Source: a virus
DNA length: 64,000 nt
IMG/VR virus record: IMGVR_UViG_3300017746_000001
Span: 32,001 to 96,000 of that record
Direction: 5' to 3' (one strand)
In this document: positions 40,922 through 49,037 of the stretch, in pieces
Layout of the letters: every line of letters starts with the position of its first letter
How positions within the stretch are numbered: position 1 is the first letter of the stretch
Program-made: the position numbers and the translations under genes
The notes under the pieces: model-generated
The model's database searches: none
Seen by the model: only the letters and a program-made list of their open reading frames with translations
Told to the model about the DNA's origin: nothing

Positions 40922-40991
40922 AGGTGGACGGAGGAGCCATGGTTACAGCCTATTCTGCCGCGCGGTCAGAACCCCCGTCCGAACTGCCATG
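40922..40991 (-). ncRNA. Candidate structured RNA (three-way junction)
   Basis: GGACGGGGG/CCUCCGUCC outer stem; inner hairpins UUCUG(A)CC-GCGC-GGCAGAA and GGCUGU-AACC-AUGGCU; G-U pairs work only on the minus strand. Confidence 0.45.
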
Positions 40992-41008
40992 AAGGTGTTG
41001 TGGTTTAG

Positions 41009-41071
41009 GAGTTCGGGTCGGCAAAAGGGGGGAGCCTACCCAAGAGTTCGGGTCGGCAAAAGGGGGGAGCC
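41009..41071. repeat. 28-bp direct repeat x2 (period 35)
   Basis: gagttcgggtcggcaaaaggggggagcc at 41009-41036 and 41044-41071. Confidence 0.9.
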
Positions 41072-41087
41072 CCCCCGAAGGAGGGCT
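41068..41087 (-). terminator. cUUCGg tetraloop hairpin at the end of the 41-64 kb array
   Basis: AGCCCUCC-UUCG-GGGGGGCU directly at the stop of 41086-41382, followed by CCCCCCUUUU. Confidence 0.55.
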
Positions 41088-41382
41088 AGTATGATTCCAA
41101 GGCATTCTTCATTGCGAGATGGAAGTTGCTACTCTGCCATGAGCTACTGTGATACAGTACCTCGAAGGCCGGATGGTCTTCCGATATGCTCCTAGTGGCT
41201 TCCCCTTGTATGGTGATTTCAAAAACACCTTCTATAACTCTTAATTTAGCGGTCAAGTAGGCATCAAGTGTCCCATGACCGCTTTCTTCGAGTAATTTTT
41301 TCATTTTGTTTTCTGTTGCATTCCAAAGACCTAGGTTTTGGAAGTTTCCTCCACTAGCGGCATAACCCATGCGCTCAGGCAT
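41086..41382 (-). CDS. Hypothetical protein
   Basis: 98 aa; preceded by a degenerate ACTGACCATA copy. Confidence 0.65.
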   Translation of the reverse strand: MPERMGYAASGGNFQNLGLWNATENKMKKLLEESGHGTLDAYLTAKLRVIEGVFEITIQGEATRSISEDHPAFEVLYHSSSWQSSNFHLAMKNALESY

Positions 41383-41412
41383 AGGTGCTACCGTTTGAAT
41401 CGTATGGTCAGT

Positions 41413-41688
41413 TCACTCCACATATACCATATTGTATTCTGGAGAGTTATCACTTGTTTTTGAATTGTGAAATACTAGAATCTTAGATCCTGCAGGAATT
41501 ACCAGTTTCTCTTGCGTCCTTCCTTCATATGCCACTTTTCCTCTTGCTTCCCACAATCCAGAGATTGTGATGTAATTTTCTTGTTTTGCTAATTGTGCTG
41601 TTGCATTAATTATTTCGTTTATGTCGGGATTAGCCCCGAATTCTCCCGCTTCAATGCGGGACTTCATCTTGTCTTGTATGCTTGCCAT
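41413..41688 (-). CDS. Small beta-rich protein, possible ssDNA-binding
   Basis: SGLWE..KILVFHN.K..DNSPEY; start at motif ATG. Confidence 0.6.
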   Translation of the reverse strand: MASIQDKMKSRIEAGEFGANPDINEIINATAQLAKQENYITISGLWEARGKVAYEGRTQEKLVIPAGSKILVFHNSKTSDNSPEYNMVYVE

Positions 41689-41736
41689 GGTCAGTTGACA
41701 GAGTATCTGTCTTATCAATTATGTCTTATTCAGTCA

Positions 41737-42525
41737 TCATCTCGGTGCGAGTATATATTCTAATTTTGCACCATCAGGTAGTTTCGTTTTTATGCTAATT
41801 GGCATATTTTCTCCAAACCAAATATCACAAGTTTCTGCTTTAGCAGATTTGAGTTTCATAAATAGTGCGTTGAGATACTTTGTGCTGTATTCAGATTGAA
41901 CAATTATTCTTTGCTCGTCTTCATTATTAATCTCTACCTCATGCGTCATATAGTTCCAGTCCCGAACCCAAAGGTTGATTTGGCCTGTTTCCGAATCTGC
42001 AGATAGGTTCCCTGTGTTGGCTTTCTTACGCATTCCATTGAGTGCTTCTTTCAGCCATGCAATTGAAACGCCATTTAAATGACATCCCACTATGTTGCTA
42101 AAATCAGGCGTTCTCGGTATATTCATCGTTCTCCAATCAATAGTTTGTGGTTTTGCAGTCAAATATTTTGTCTTAATTTCTATTAACATGTCCTCAATTC
42201 TTATTTCGATTATATCAGACATACCTGCTGTTTTTACTGCAGTCAGTATATCATTCAAATTATCTAATGCTATTGAGCCCTCTTGTTCTACTTCGAATGA
42301 GGGGAATGAATTTGCAGACCATTCCCATATCATCATTGCTACATGGGAACCGTCAACTAATGTTGCACTTATTCCGTCTTTGGAAATTTGCATGCGTAAC
42401 TCTAATTCTAAGATTGCAGTTATCTTTGTAAAATTCTCCAATTGCCTTCTTGTTAAACTTATATTTGCTATTGCACCTTGTTCCGGTACTTTTTTTATGA
42501 TTTTTTTTTCTTTTATTATTGCCAT
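41737..42525 (-). CDS. pcn: PCNA / DNA sliding clamp (divergent)
   Basis: 262 aa; DGISATLVDGSHVAM..F.SF, SEYSTKYL, FGENMPI, LEYILAPR. Confidence 0.85.
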   Translation of the reverse strand: MAIIKEKKIIKKVPEQGAIANISLTRRQLENFTKITAILELELRMQISKDGISATLVDGSHVAMMIWEWSANSFPSFEVEQEGSIALDNLNDILTAVKTAGMSDIIEIRIEDMLIEIKTKYLTAKPQTIDWRTMNIPRTPDFSNIVGCHLNGVSIAWLKEALNGMRKKANTGNLSADSETGQINLWVRDWNYMTHEVEINNEDEQRIIVQSEYSTKYLNALFMKLKSAKAETCDIWFGENMPISIKTKLPDGAKLEYILAPR

Positions 42526-42534
42526 GGTCAGTAT

Positions 42535-43668
42535 TTATCTTGTGTAATTCAAGACATCTTTATTCACGGTGGCATCTCCTCTGATTGAGTTGTATGCCTT
42601 GTGTAATACTTTCAAATTGTTTCTATCGACCCATGTGCTGTGAAATCTTTCATACAGCATATCTGCTAGTCCTGTCGGATCACCTTCAAAATCTGATAAT
42701 CTTTCAGCGTCCCTATCTAATTCATAGATATTGTGCAGTTTGCATACTTCTGTACCTGCCGCGCCTGGTAGGTTGAAGGCTGCTATGAGTTCATCGAATG
42801 TCATCCCTGCGAAGGGATAGTAGTCGTCTTGTAGTCTTTCTTTCAAGAATTCTGTAGCCCAATCTTCTTCATAGTTGGGTTTTCGACCTACATTGATGAA
42901 GCGCCCATGATCTGTGCAGAATATCTTCTTCATCATTGCATTTAGTCTCCAACTTGTCGCATCGACTGATTTCGCCCCTAGTAAAGCAGCGATTGGTGCG
43001 GCATTCATGCCTCCAGCTCCTAGTAGGAAAACTGGCCTCTCGTTGTTTCTAATTACGGACATCATATCGATTGCCTCATACCACAAAGAAGTAGTTGAGG
43101 GCCTGATTCCTTTTTGTTTGGGCTTTTGACCGCCCTTTTTCATTGAGTCATAGACTCTTGCTTTAGCTTGTGCCAGATTAGATCCAAAACAGACTTGTTC
43201 TTTTTCGTCTAGTTCGTACATATCGATGTGTCTCTCTATGTCCACATCATTTCTGCCGTGAACTACTGGGACAGTTACCGATATTTCAGATTTCATCAAC
43301 TCATACCATTCTTTCGAAGTTTTTTGTCTTTTCAAAGCTTCTTCATCTGATATTCCATCCATCCTTGGAATTGGAAAATCAGCCGAAATGATTGTGTCGT
43401 TTGGTCCGAATCCTACTTTTCTGTGCTTATCTATCAATCCTTCAACATCGAAGTCTTTCGCTAAGGAAGGATTTTCTAAAAACAGGAAGCCCCCTGAATC
43501 TTTTGCCACGAAGTTATCTTCCGTGAAATTCTCAAAGTGCCACCCTGGTTCTTTTATTTTTGATAAATCGACCAACACGCTGTCGGTCACATCTGCTATT
43601 TTCCAATTTTTACTTCCCATCGTCGCTGGATGCTCCGATGTATAATTTAGAAATTTTTTTCTTGCCAT
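42535..43668 (-). CDS. Queuine tRNA-ribosyltransferase (TGT)-fold protein, DpdA-like
   Basis: DSGGF, D.PIP, PVVHG, FLLGAGG, SVDATSW, HN motifs. Confidence 0.7.
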   Translation of the reverse strand: MARKKFLNYTSEHPATMGSKNWKIADVTDSVLVDLSKIKEPGWHFENFTEDNFVAKDSGGFLFLENPSLAKDFDVEGLIDKHRKVGFGPNDTIISADFPIPRMDGISDEEALKRQKTSKEWYELMKSEISVTVPVVHGRNDVDIERHIDMYELDEKEQVCFGSNLAQAKARVYDSMKKGGQKPKQKGIRPSTTSLWYEAIDMMSVIRNNERPVFLLGAGGMNAAPIAALLGAKSVDATSWRLNAMMKKIFCTDHGRFINVGRKPNYEEDWATEFLKERLQDDYYPFAGMTFDELIAAFNLPGAAGTEVCKLHNIYELDRDAERLSDFEGDPTGLADMLYERFHSTWVDRNNLKVLHKAYNSIRGDATVNKDVLNYTR

Positions 43669-43680
43669 GGTCAGTCAGTT

Positions 43681-44385
43681 TCACTTAGGATCTCTGAATC
43701 TTTCTTCCATCATCCAGGGGATTGTATTCTCCCCTTCGTCTGAAAGGTGGTGTAATCCGTCGCTATTAATGGTGTTTTCCAGCAATCGTAGGCTGTCGCA
43801 CCATTTGTCGGAACTTTCTTCTAAGTGTATTTTTAATTCTTCTGCGCGTTCTTCGCTTAGTATGTATTCAGTATTGTGCTGATAGGTAATCAATACTCTT
43901 GGACCGCCTTTTAGTTCGACCCAATTGTGTATGAATACCGCTAGAGGCCCATTGTATATTGGTACCCAATGCTTAACCATTTCAGCACCGCACTTTTTAC
44001 ATTGGTATTCTGCTTTTTCTGCATTTAACCATAATCTCTCATAGGGGTATTTGCGGAAATCATACAGATTATCCTCATCATACCCACTCCATATATGTTC
44101 TTTTACATGCTCCTTCATCCAATACGGATTTCTGCTTACTTCATGTTTCCATACTCTGTATCTATATTGTGTGTCTCCATGTGCTGTATGTCTCGATTTC
44201 TCGGCTCTGTGGTTTGCAGCGATAAAAGAATCGGCATAGCTTCTTCTCATTTGTACGCTGTTTCGTGCTTTAACAAGCATTTCTTCACACATCCTCAAGA
44301 GATACGATGCAGCGCCTTCTTCATATCCGTCGTGATGGATATAGAAGACTTCATTTTCTATTTCATATGTTGCCCTTGTTGACAT
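43681..44385 (-). CDS. Phage conserved hypothetical protein
   Basis: MSTRA..YIHHDGY.EG N-terminus; CxxC. Confidence 0.75.
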   Translation of the reverse strand: MSTRATYEIENEVFYIHHDGYEEGAASYLLRMCEEMLVKARNSVQMRRSYADSFIAANHRAEKSRHTAHGDTQYRYRVWKHEVSRNPYWMKEHVKEHIWSGYDEDNLYDFRKYPYERLWLNAEKAEYQCKKCGAEMVKHWVPIYNGPLAVFIHNWVELKGGPRVLITYQHNTEYILSEERAEELKIHLEESSDKWCDSLRLLENTINSDGLHHLSDEGENTIPWMMEERFRDPK

Positions 44386-44387
44386 GG

Positions 44388-44501
44388 TCAGTCGAACTTC
44401 TCGTACTCTCTAATCTTTGAAAGAGGTACGGAAGTCACTATTTCTCCTGTTTTTTTGTGCCTAAATTTTTGTTTAGGTAATTCTCTTGGGTCTTTAGGCA
44501 T
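44388..44501 (-). CDS. Small hypothetical protein (not in ORF track)
   Basis: MPKDPRELPKQKFRHKKTGEIV..., 37 aa; stops at the TGA inside the motif. Confidence 0.5.
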   Translation of the reverse strand: MPKDPRELPKQKFRHKKTGEIVTSVPLSKIREYEKFD

Positions 44502-44967
44502 CGTCAATCACCTTCCTCAAATCTTCAATGAAAAAGGGGAAGTCCCTACTATGGTATAACCCATCAGTCGCTTCCATCCTGTCAGCAATATCAGTAATCG
44601 CTTTACGCAATTGTTTGATTTCTTCATATCTATCAAACTCTTTTCTTACTACCGTTAGGTCGAGTCTAAAGTTTTCTGAGTCAAATTGCTCATGGCTAAG
44701 TGAGAATGATAGCCCAGACAAAAACTCGACTGGGTACATTTCTCTGCCCATTTCTATGATGAACTCTCGGTTCATCTTGTTTTTCAAATCTAACATTTCA
44801 TTGTTGATGAATTCGTCCACTATGTCTGCGAAAGAGTCGCCCCAGACTAGATCTTGAACTGGAGTTATTCCTGGTTCAATATTCACTAGCCCTTTTGTGG
44901 GTTGATTTTCACTTTCTTTGCCAAAGTGTATTCCTCCAGTTTCAATATCTAAAGGCCAAAATCCCAT
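44494..44967 (-). CDS. Hypothetical protein
   Basis: 157 aa; SD GGAGGTG; TAATG coupling. Confidence 0.75.
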   Translation of the reverse strand: MGFWPLDIETGGIHFGKESENQPTKGLVNIEPGITPVQDLVWGDSFADIVDEFINNEMLDLKNKMNREFIIEMGREMYPVEFLSGLSFSLSHEQFDSENFRLDLTVVRKEFDRYEEIKQLRKAITDIADRMEATDGLYHSRDFPFFIEDLRKVIDDA

Positions 44968-45419
44968 TATTGCACCTCCTCAACATTAATCTTTGAAAAT
45001 CCTATTTTATCACAAATCCAATATTCTAATCCTTTTTGCACGATGTCTCCAACAGACATAGAATGCATGTTGATTGTTTCGTGTCCTGATTTGTATTTTA
45101 TTAGTGGTAAAAGTGGTTCTAACAACCCTTTTTCCACCATATCCATGTGTGAGCCACCATATGCATTAGATATTCTAAATGATTCTTCTAGCTCCTCTGT
45201 GTTTATTTTGGCTACTGCTCTGTAATATTCGAAATACTCTGGTTTCCAATTCTTACTTCCTTTACTTGTGGTCTCTAAATACGCTTCCCATGCAGGATAT
45301 TTCTTTGCTGCATTGTCCCAACCACCGTCAGGACCATTTACGAATTCAACCATTTCATCTGTCGTATGTAATTGAAACAGAGTAATTTTATCTTTATCTA
45401 ATATTTTTTGTATTGCCAT
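44967..45419 (-). CDS. YodL-like domain protein
   Basis: HSMSVGDIV..YW.CD..GF; start at motif ATG. Confidence 0.6.
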   Translation of the reverse strand: MAIQKILDKDKITLFQLHTTDEMVEFVNGPDGGWDNAAKKYPAWEAYLETTSKGSKNWKPEYFEYYRAVAKINTEELEESFRISNAYGGSHMDMVEKGLLEPLLPLIKYKSGHETINMHSMSVGDIVQKGLEYWICDKIGFSKINVEEVQ

Positions 45420-45421
45420 GG

Positions 45422-45622
45422 TCAGTATTTGAGTTTCCAAGTGTCATTCGCGTAGTTCTTACGAAATCTAGGGTTTCTTCCAAGGTTTCTCCCAATATCC
45501 TTGGGGGAAGTTCCGTGTTTGTATCTGTCATTAATCAGATCTGCTAATTGATTAGAGGTTAGCGCCCCTTTTTGTCTCAAAAGACTGACGACATATTGTT
45601 CTAATCTTTTACTCAGCGCCAT
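45422..45622 (-). CDS. Small wHTH (DUF3860-like) protein
   Basis: LTSNQL...IN...HGTS...IG..L...PRF. Confidence 0.6.
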   Translation of the reverse strand: MALSKRLEQYVVSLLRQKGALTSNQLADLINDRYKHGTSPKDIGRNLGRNPRFRKNYANDTWKLKY

Positions 45623-45735
45623 TTTTTCCGTTTCCTGGGTTTATGCCCAAGGCTTTGTAAACGGTTTTGACATTTGGACTTCTCTGCTTTTGTATGTTGG
45701 AGATATTCCTTTCCACATGCTAAACATTTAGCCAT
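45613..45735 (-). CDS. Small Zn-finger-like basic protein (not in ORF track)
   Basis: MAKCLACGKEYLQH..C, 40 aa; starts at motif. Confidence 0.6.
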   Translation of the reverse strand: MAKCLACGKEYLQHTKAEKSKCQNRLQSLGHKPRKRKKWR

Positions 45736-45737
45736 GG

Positions 45738-46166
45738 TCAGTTAAGGGATTCTTTGTACTCTGCCCAAAGTTTTGAAATTTCTTCCTTTGGTGTTCCCTT
45801 GTGTTTAGTTCTGAATTGAGGCCAACTTAGCCTCTCGAGTGTTTTAGGCTCCGAGGAAGAAGCGTCTTTACCTTCCACCCCTTCACTCTTCGCCTCGTCC
45901 GAATCAAGATTTGAGGAACTTGATGTTTCAGCCTTGTTATCAGAGGCCAATTCGGTTTCGAGTGTTGTTTCGGCTATTGGTTCTGCATCATTTTGAACAG
46001 ACCCGCCCTTTTCAAGTGCGATAAGCCTTCTTTTTATTTGTTTAATTTCCACGGTCAGTTTGCGAATTTTGTCCTTATCCTTTTCTTCATCAGGAACACG
46101 GAGTAAAGTCGCTCTTTGTACTTTCAATTGCACCAAACGGGCATGATCACTATCTGTCCAACTCAT
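45738..46166 (-). CDS. Protein with C-terminal WPQF domain
   Basis: 142 aa; TTCAAACGACTA box upstream at 46192-46203. Confidence 0.75.
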   Translation of the reverse strand: MSWTDSDHARLVQLKVQRATLLRVPDEEKDKDKIRKLTVEIKQIKRRLIALEKGGSVQNDAEPIAETTLETELASDNKAETSSSSNLDSDEAKSEGVEGKDASSSEPKTLERLSWPQFRTKHKGTPKEEISKLWAEYKESLN

Positions 46167-46209
46167 CTCGCTCGATTTGTTAGAGAGGGGATAGTCGTTT
46201 GAATGTTGT

Positions 46210-46431
46210 CTAAGCAGTTTGTTTTTGCTTAATCGGCCAAAACCTCTTCATAGGAAGATTACAATGCTTGCAATAGCCGTTGCCATCTGCCATAACATCT
46301 GTCCTCCATAGTTTCTTTCTTTCAGAAAGAGGTCTGCCTTTTCTGTCTAATTCCCAACAACCGCACCTTTCATCTGCCTCAGTCATCTGTGCATTCTTAG
46401 TAGTTATGTCGTTTCTAACTTTCGTCTTCAT
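46210..46431 (-). CDS. Small Cys-containing protein
   Basis: 73 aa; starts at motif. Confidence 0.7.
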   Translation of the reverse strand: MKTKVRNDITTKNAQMTEADERCGCWELDRKGRPLSERKKLWRTDVMADGNGYCKHCNLPMKRFWPIKQKQTA

Positions 46432-46441
46432 GGTCAGTTTT

Positions 46442-46948
46442 TCATAGTAAATCTAGAATTTCTTCCACATAAACGCCCATTGCCACATTAGCTTGCGCAT
46501 TCATAATGAAATTCACACCTTCATTGATAGGTGCTGCTTCATCTGCGGCTCTGATTCCTGAAAAATATCTTTTGTTGTTATGAGGCCCAATTATGCAGTA
46601 GAAGTGGGATGTGTATTGTGCTTCCGTATATTCGCACATCCTAAATCCCTCGACATTGTATGTAATTCCATCTCTTTCATATCTTTGTCCGGTCATCCAT
46701 ACCTCGGGAGGAAGAACTTCCAACATTTCTTGGTATTCGCTCTCTTCAATTTCCGTGAAGGGTTTGCTGTAGGTCTTTTCTAACACATTAGCAATTAATT
46801 CTAATGCCACTTCAAAGTTCATCAACTCCCCTCCTGATTCATCTATTACTTCTGCAATCGGCCTTTTGCCGTAATGCGTAACATCGCCATCAACGAGTGC
46901 TTCGATGTTACTCTTTCCTTTTTTGTAAATAACTTGTATTTCTTCCAT
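46442..46948 (-). CDS. Hypothetical protein (EMLEVLPP, DUF1419-like)
   Basis: 168 aa; starts at motif. Confidence 0.65.
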   Translation of the reverse strand: MEEIQVIYKKGKSNIEALVDGDVTHYGKRPIAEVIDESGGELMNFEVALELIANVLEKTYSKPFTEIEESEYQEMLEVLPPEVWMTGQRYERDGITYNVEGFRMCEYTEAQYTSHFYCIIGPHNNKRYFSGIRAADEAAPINEGVNFIMNAQANVAMGVYVEEILDLL

Positions 46949-46955
46949 GGTCAGT

Positions 46956-47312
46956 TTAGAACCCTTTAGAGGGTTTTGCCTTTCTTAGTGCATTTCTAGC
47001 CAGTTCAAAGAAAGTTTCCCAATCTCCTCGGTCCATTTCAATGAAGGCATCGATTTCTTCGCTATGATCACCAATTACATATTCTAAGGCCGCATACATT
47101 TCTGGTGCTGCCGATATTAGTTCCGCTATTGCGAATCCTTCATCTTTATCATTTACTGTTCCGGCTTTAGCAAAACCAGTCTTAGCTTTGCTTTGTGATT
47201 TTACCAAGGCGATATGCTCGCCTAATTCTGTTTTTACTGCATAAGGATAGTGTCCTTGGATGATTCTTAAGGAAATATCTTGTGTTTTTGTGCTATCTAC
47301 AGACCAACGCAT
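46956..47312 (-). CDS. Phage hypothetical protein
   Basis: A.LISAAPEMY.AL...AR.AL.KA motif. Confidence 0.7.
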   Translation of the reverse strand: MRWSVDSTKTQDISLRIIQGHYPYAVKTELGEHIALVKSQSKAKTGFAKAGTVNDKDEGFAIAELISAAPEMYAALEYVIGDHSEEIDAFIEMDRGDWETFFELARNALRKAKPSKGF

Positions 47313-47314
47313 AG

Positions 47315-47494
47315 TTAGGCCTCCAAATCATATTCTATGTATCTTCCGTCATTTGTCCTTATATCCCCTACCATTTCGCAAGTAGCGCCACAGTCCTTGC
47401 AGACAAGTGTGACTCTTGCTTCTGTTAAACCATCGGTGTGATCTTCCACAATCCAATCGTGGCTGCCTCTTTTTTTACATTTCTCGTAGTTCAT
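47315..47494 (-). CDS. Small Zn-ribbon protein (not in ORF track)
   Basis: 59 aa; C..HDW..CKDCG; starts at motif. Confidence 0.65.
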   Translation of the reverse strand: MNYEKCKKRGSHDWIVEDHTDGLTEARVTLVCKDCGATCEMVGDIRTNDGRYIEYDLEA

Positions 47495-47502
47495 GGTCAG
47501 TA

Positions 47503-47940
47503 TCAGTCTTCTCTTTCTTTGAAGATCCTAATTATATCCAATAGAAACTCATTGATTGTCCACTCCGAATACGGAGCGTCCGAGAAGTCCACTTTGGCGT
47601 GAATCTCATCATGCGGTACGCCGATTGCGTCTGCGAGGTCGTTGAGCCATGCGATTCGCAACTTCCTGAGTTGGACTGCATCATCAATTGTGTCTTTGGG
47701 ATTCCAGGCTGTAATTGCCATACTTGCTTCGAATAGCAAGTCATGTAGCGCCGTTAGCCCATACACTTCAATTATGTGCATTCCCCACTCAGAAAGTTCC
47801 TCTTTTGCTTCTAAGGAACCAGCGTTTATCTCCGCATATTCTGTCCTTAATTCCATTTCGTTTGTTGCCATTAGTCTGATTTGGCAATTCTTCAGTTCGT
47901 CATTTCGGATTAGTTCGTCTAAAATGTCTTCTTCTGTCAT
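47503..47940 (-). CDS. Hypothetical protein
   Basis: 145 aa; starts at motif. Confidence 0.75.
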   Translation of the reverse strand: MTEEDILDELIRNDELKNCQIRLMATNEMELRTEYAEINAGSLEAKEELSEWGMHIIEVYGLTALHDLLFEASMAITAWNPKDTIDDAVQLRKLRIAWLNDLADAIGVPHDEIHAKVDFSDAPYSEWTINEFLLDIIRIFKERED

Positions 47941-47949
47941 GGTCAGTAT

Positions 47950-48159
47950 TTATTCAAGTACACTCATACAAGTGGCGATAACATTGTTGTAATCTGCACT
48001 CATAGCTAGGTCCGTAACTTGTTTGATGTCTTCTCTGGGCCATTGAGCCCTTTTTAGTTGTCTTTCAGTATAACCGATTATTGCGAAGGCGTTTCCATCA
48101 ACTCCTAGTAGAGTCCCTTCTGCCTTTCCATTCTTTTCAATTAATTTTTCTATTGCCAT
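47950..48159 (-). CDS. Phage conserved small protein
   Basis: LGVDGNAFAIIG..A.S.DYNN; start at motif ATG. Confidence 0.75.
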   Translation of the reverse strand: MAIEKLIEKNGKAEGTLLGVDGNAFAIIGYTERQLKRAQWPREDIKQVTDLAMSADYNNVIATCMSVLE

Positions 48160-48161
48160 GG

Positions 48162-48518
48162 TCAGACTTGGGGCGGTTGCTCTAATTCCCAAGTGGAAAG
48201 TTCTTGATTCCACTTCCAAAGGAAACCATCCCATTGAACAAACCAACCACCGTTCATTTGAAACGGATCTGAATTAGTCATCATTTGATTTGAAAAGGGC
48301 GTGGGAGCATTGGGGAGCAAATTTACTTGCTGCGCCCCTGGTGTTCTAATTAACTGAGGTATCATACACCAAATGAAGACTGAGGCATATCCCATCCAAA
48401 AGATAGGTGCTTCAACTTGTTCTGGTAATTTTAACCCGCTAATGTCTAAATCGACTAATCTAGCATACCAATAACCCCCTGCTACGAGGGCCATCACTAC
48501 GCCAAACAATCTTCTCAT
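48162..48518 (-). CDS. Two-TM membrane protein with Trp-rich tail
   Basis: Start at motif ATG (alternative 48530); TTCAAAGGACAA box at 48548-48559. Confidence 0.7.
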   Translation of the reverse strand: MRRLFGVVMALVAGGYWYARLVDLDISGLKLPEQVEAPIFWMGYASVFIWCMIPQLIRTPGAQQVNLLPNAPTPFSNQMMTNSDPFQMNGGWFVQWDGFLWKWNQELSTWELEQPPQV

Positions 48519-48560
48519 GGTCAGTAACATGGCAGTGCCATGCGTCTTTGTCCTTTGAAA

Positions 48561-48770
48561 TTACTCGGTATCGAGTATTTCATAATGTTCTTTCCAACTA
48601 CCTACCAGTTCCATGTGTTTTGGAGATAGTGTGTCGCTATTTCCAGGACAAGGCTTTACTGGCCCATCCTGCCATTTCTTAAGTTTAGACTTAGACATGC
48701 TGATTGTGTGGATACTTCCACAAAATCTGCATTTAGCTTTCCAATTCGGTACTGTCGGCATCTTCATCAA
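48561..48770 (-). CDS. Small Zn-binding protein
   Basis: CRFCG..CP..H. Confidence 0.6.
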   Translation of the reverse strand: MMKMPTVPNWKAKCRFCGSIHTISMSKSKLKKWQDGPVKPCPGNSDTLSPKHMELVGSWKEHYEILDTE

Positions 48771-49026
48771 CTGTAAAATTGGGTGTTAATTCCCATACTT
48801 TGTGTGTGTATGACGAACTACTCGCCCGAATGCGTGCAGTTCCGACATCTTTGAATCTTGGGTCTTTCGCTAGAATGTTTCCTAATACATTCATTGTAGT
48901 CCCATGCCTTGTAGTGTTGTTAATATGGTCATATATTGCTCCAGTAGGAGCGCTTCCATTTTCTTTTAGGTATTTTTCAACCTTATTTCTTAGTCTTGCT
49001 GTTCTTCTACCTATCTTTAGTCCCAT
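48733..49026 (-). CDS. DUF3860-like wHTH protein (Thermoplasmatota type)
   Basis: RLRNKVEKYL..T..IYDHIN.TTRHGTT...LGNILAKD. Confidence 0.75.
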   Translation of the reverse strand: MGLKIGRRTARLRNKVEKYLKENGSAPTGAIYDHINNTTRHGTTMNVLGNILAKDPRFKDVGTARIRASSSSYTHKVWELTPNFTVDEDADSTELES

Positions 49027-49037
49027 GGTCAGTCACC

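Noticed and set aside
40922-40980. tRNA, hammerhead ribozyme or SRP Alu domain
   Set aside because: Too short and no T-loop or anticodon arm for a tRNA; CUGAnGA/GAAA core not intact for a hammerhead; only a loose CUGUAACC resemblance to the SRP Alu domain
41009-41071. 28-bp direct repeat as a CRISPR array
   Set aside because: Only two copies with a 7-nt spacer, and no cas genes
44396-44435. Imperfect hairpin upstream of the 44385 motif
   Set aside because: Falls within a plausible 37-aa ORF (44388-44501) and has a large loop; not counted
46050-46060. AACTGACCGTG as another motif copy
   Set aside because: Lies mid-gene (KLTV codons) with GTG and no upstream stop; probably chance
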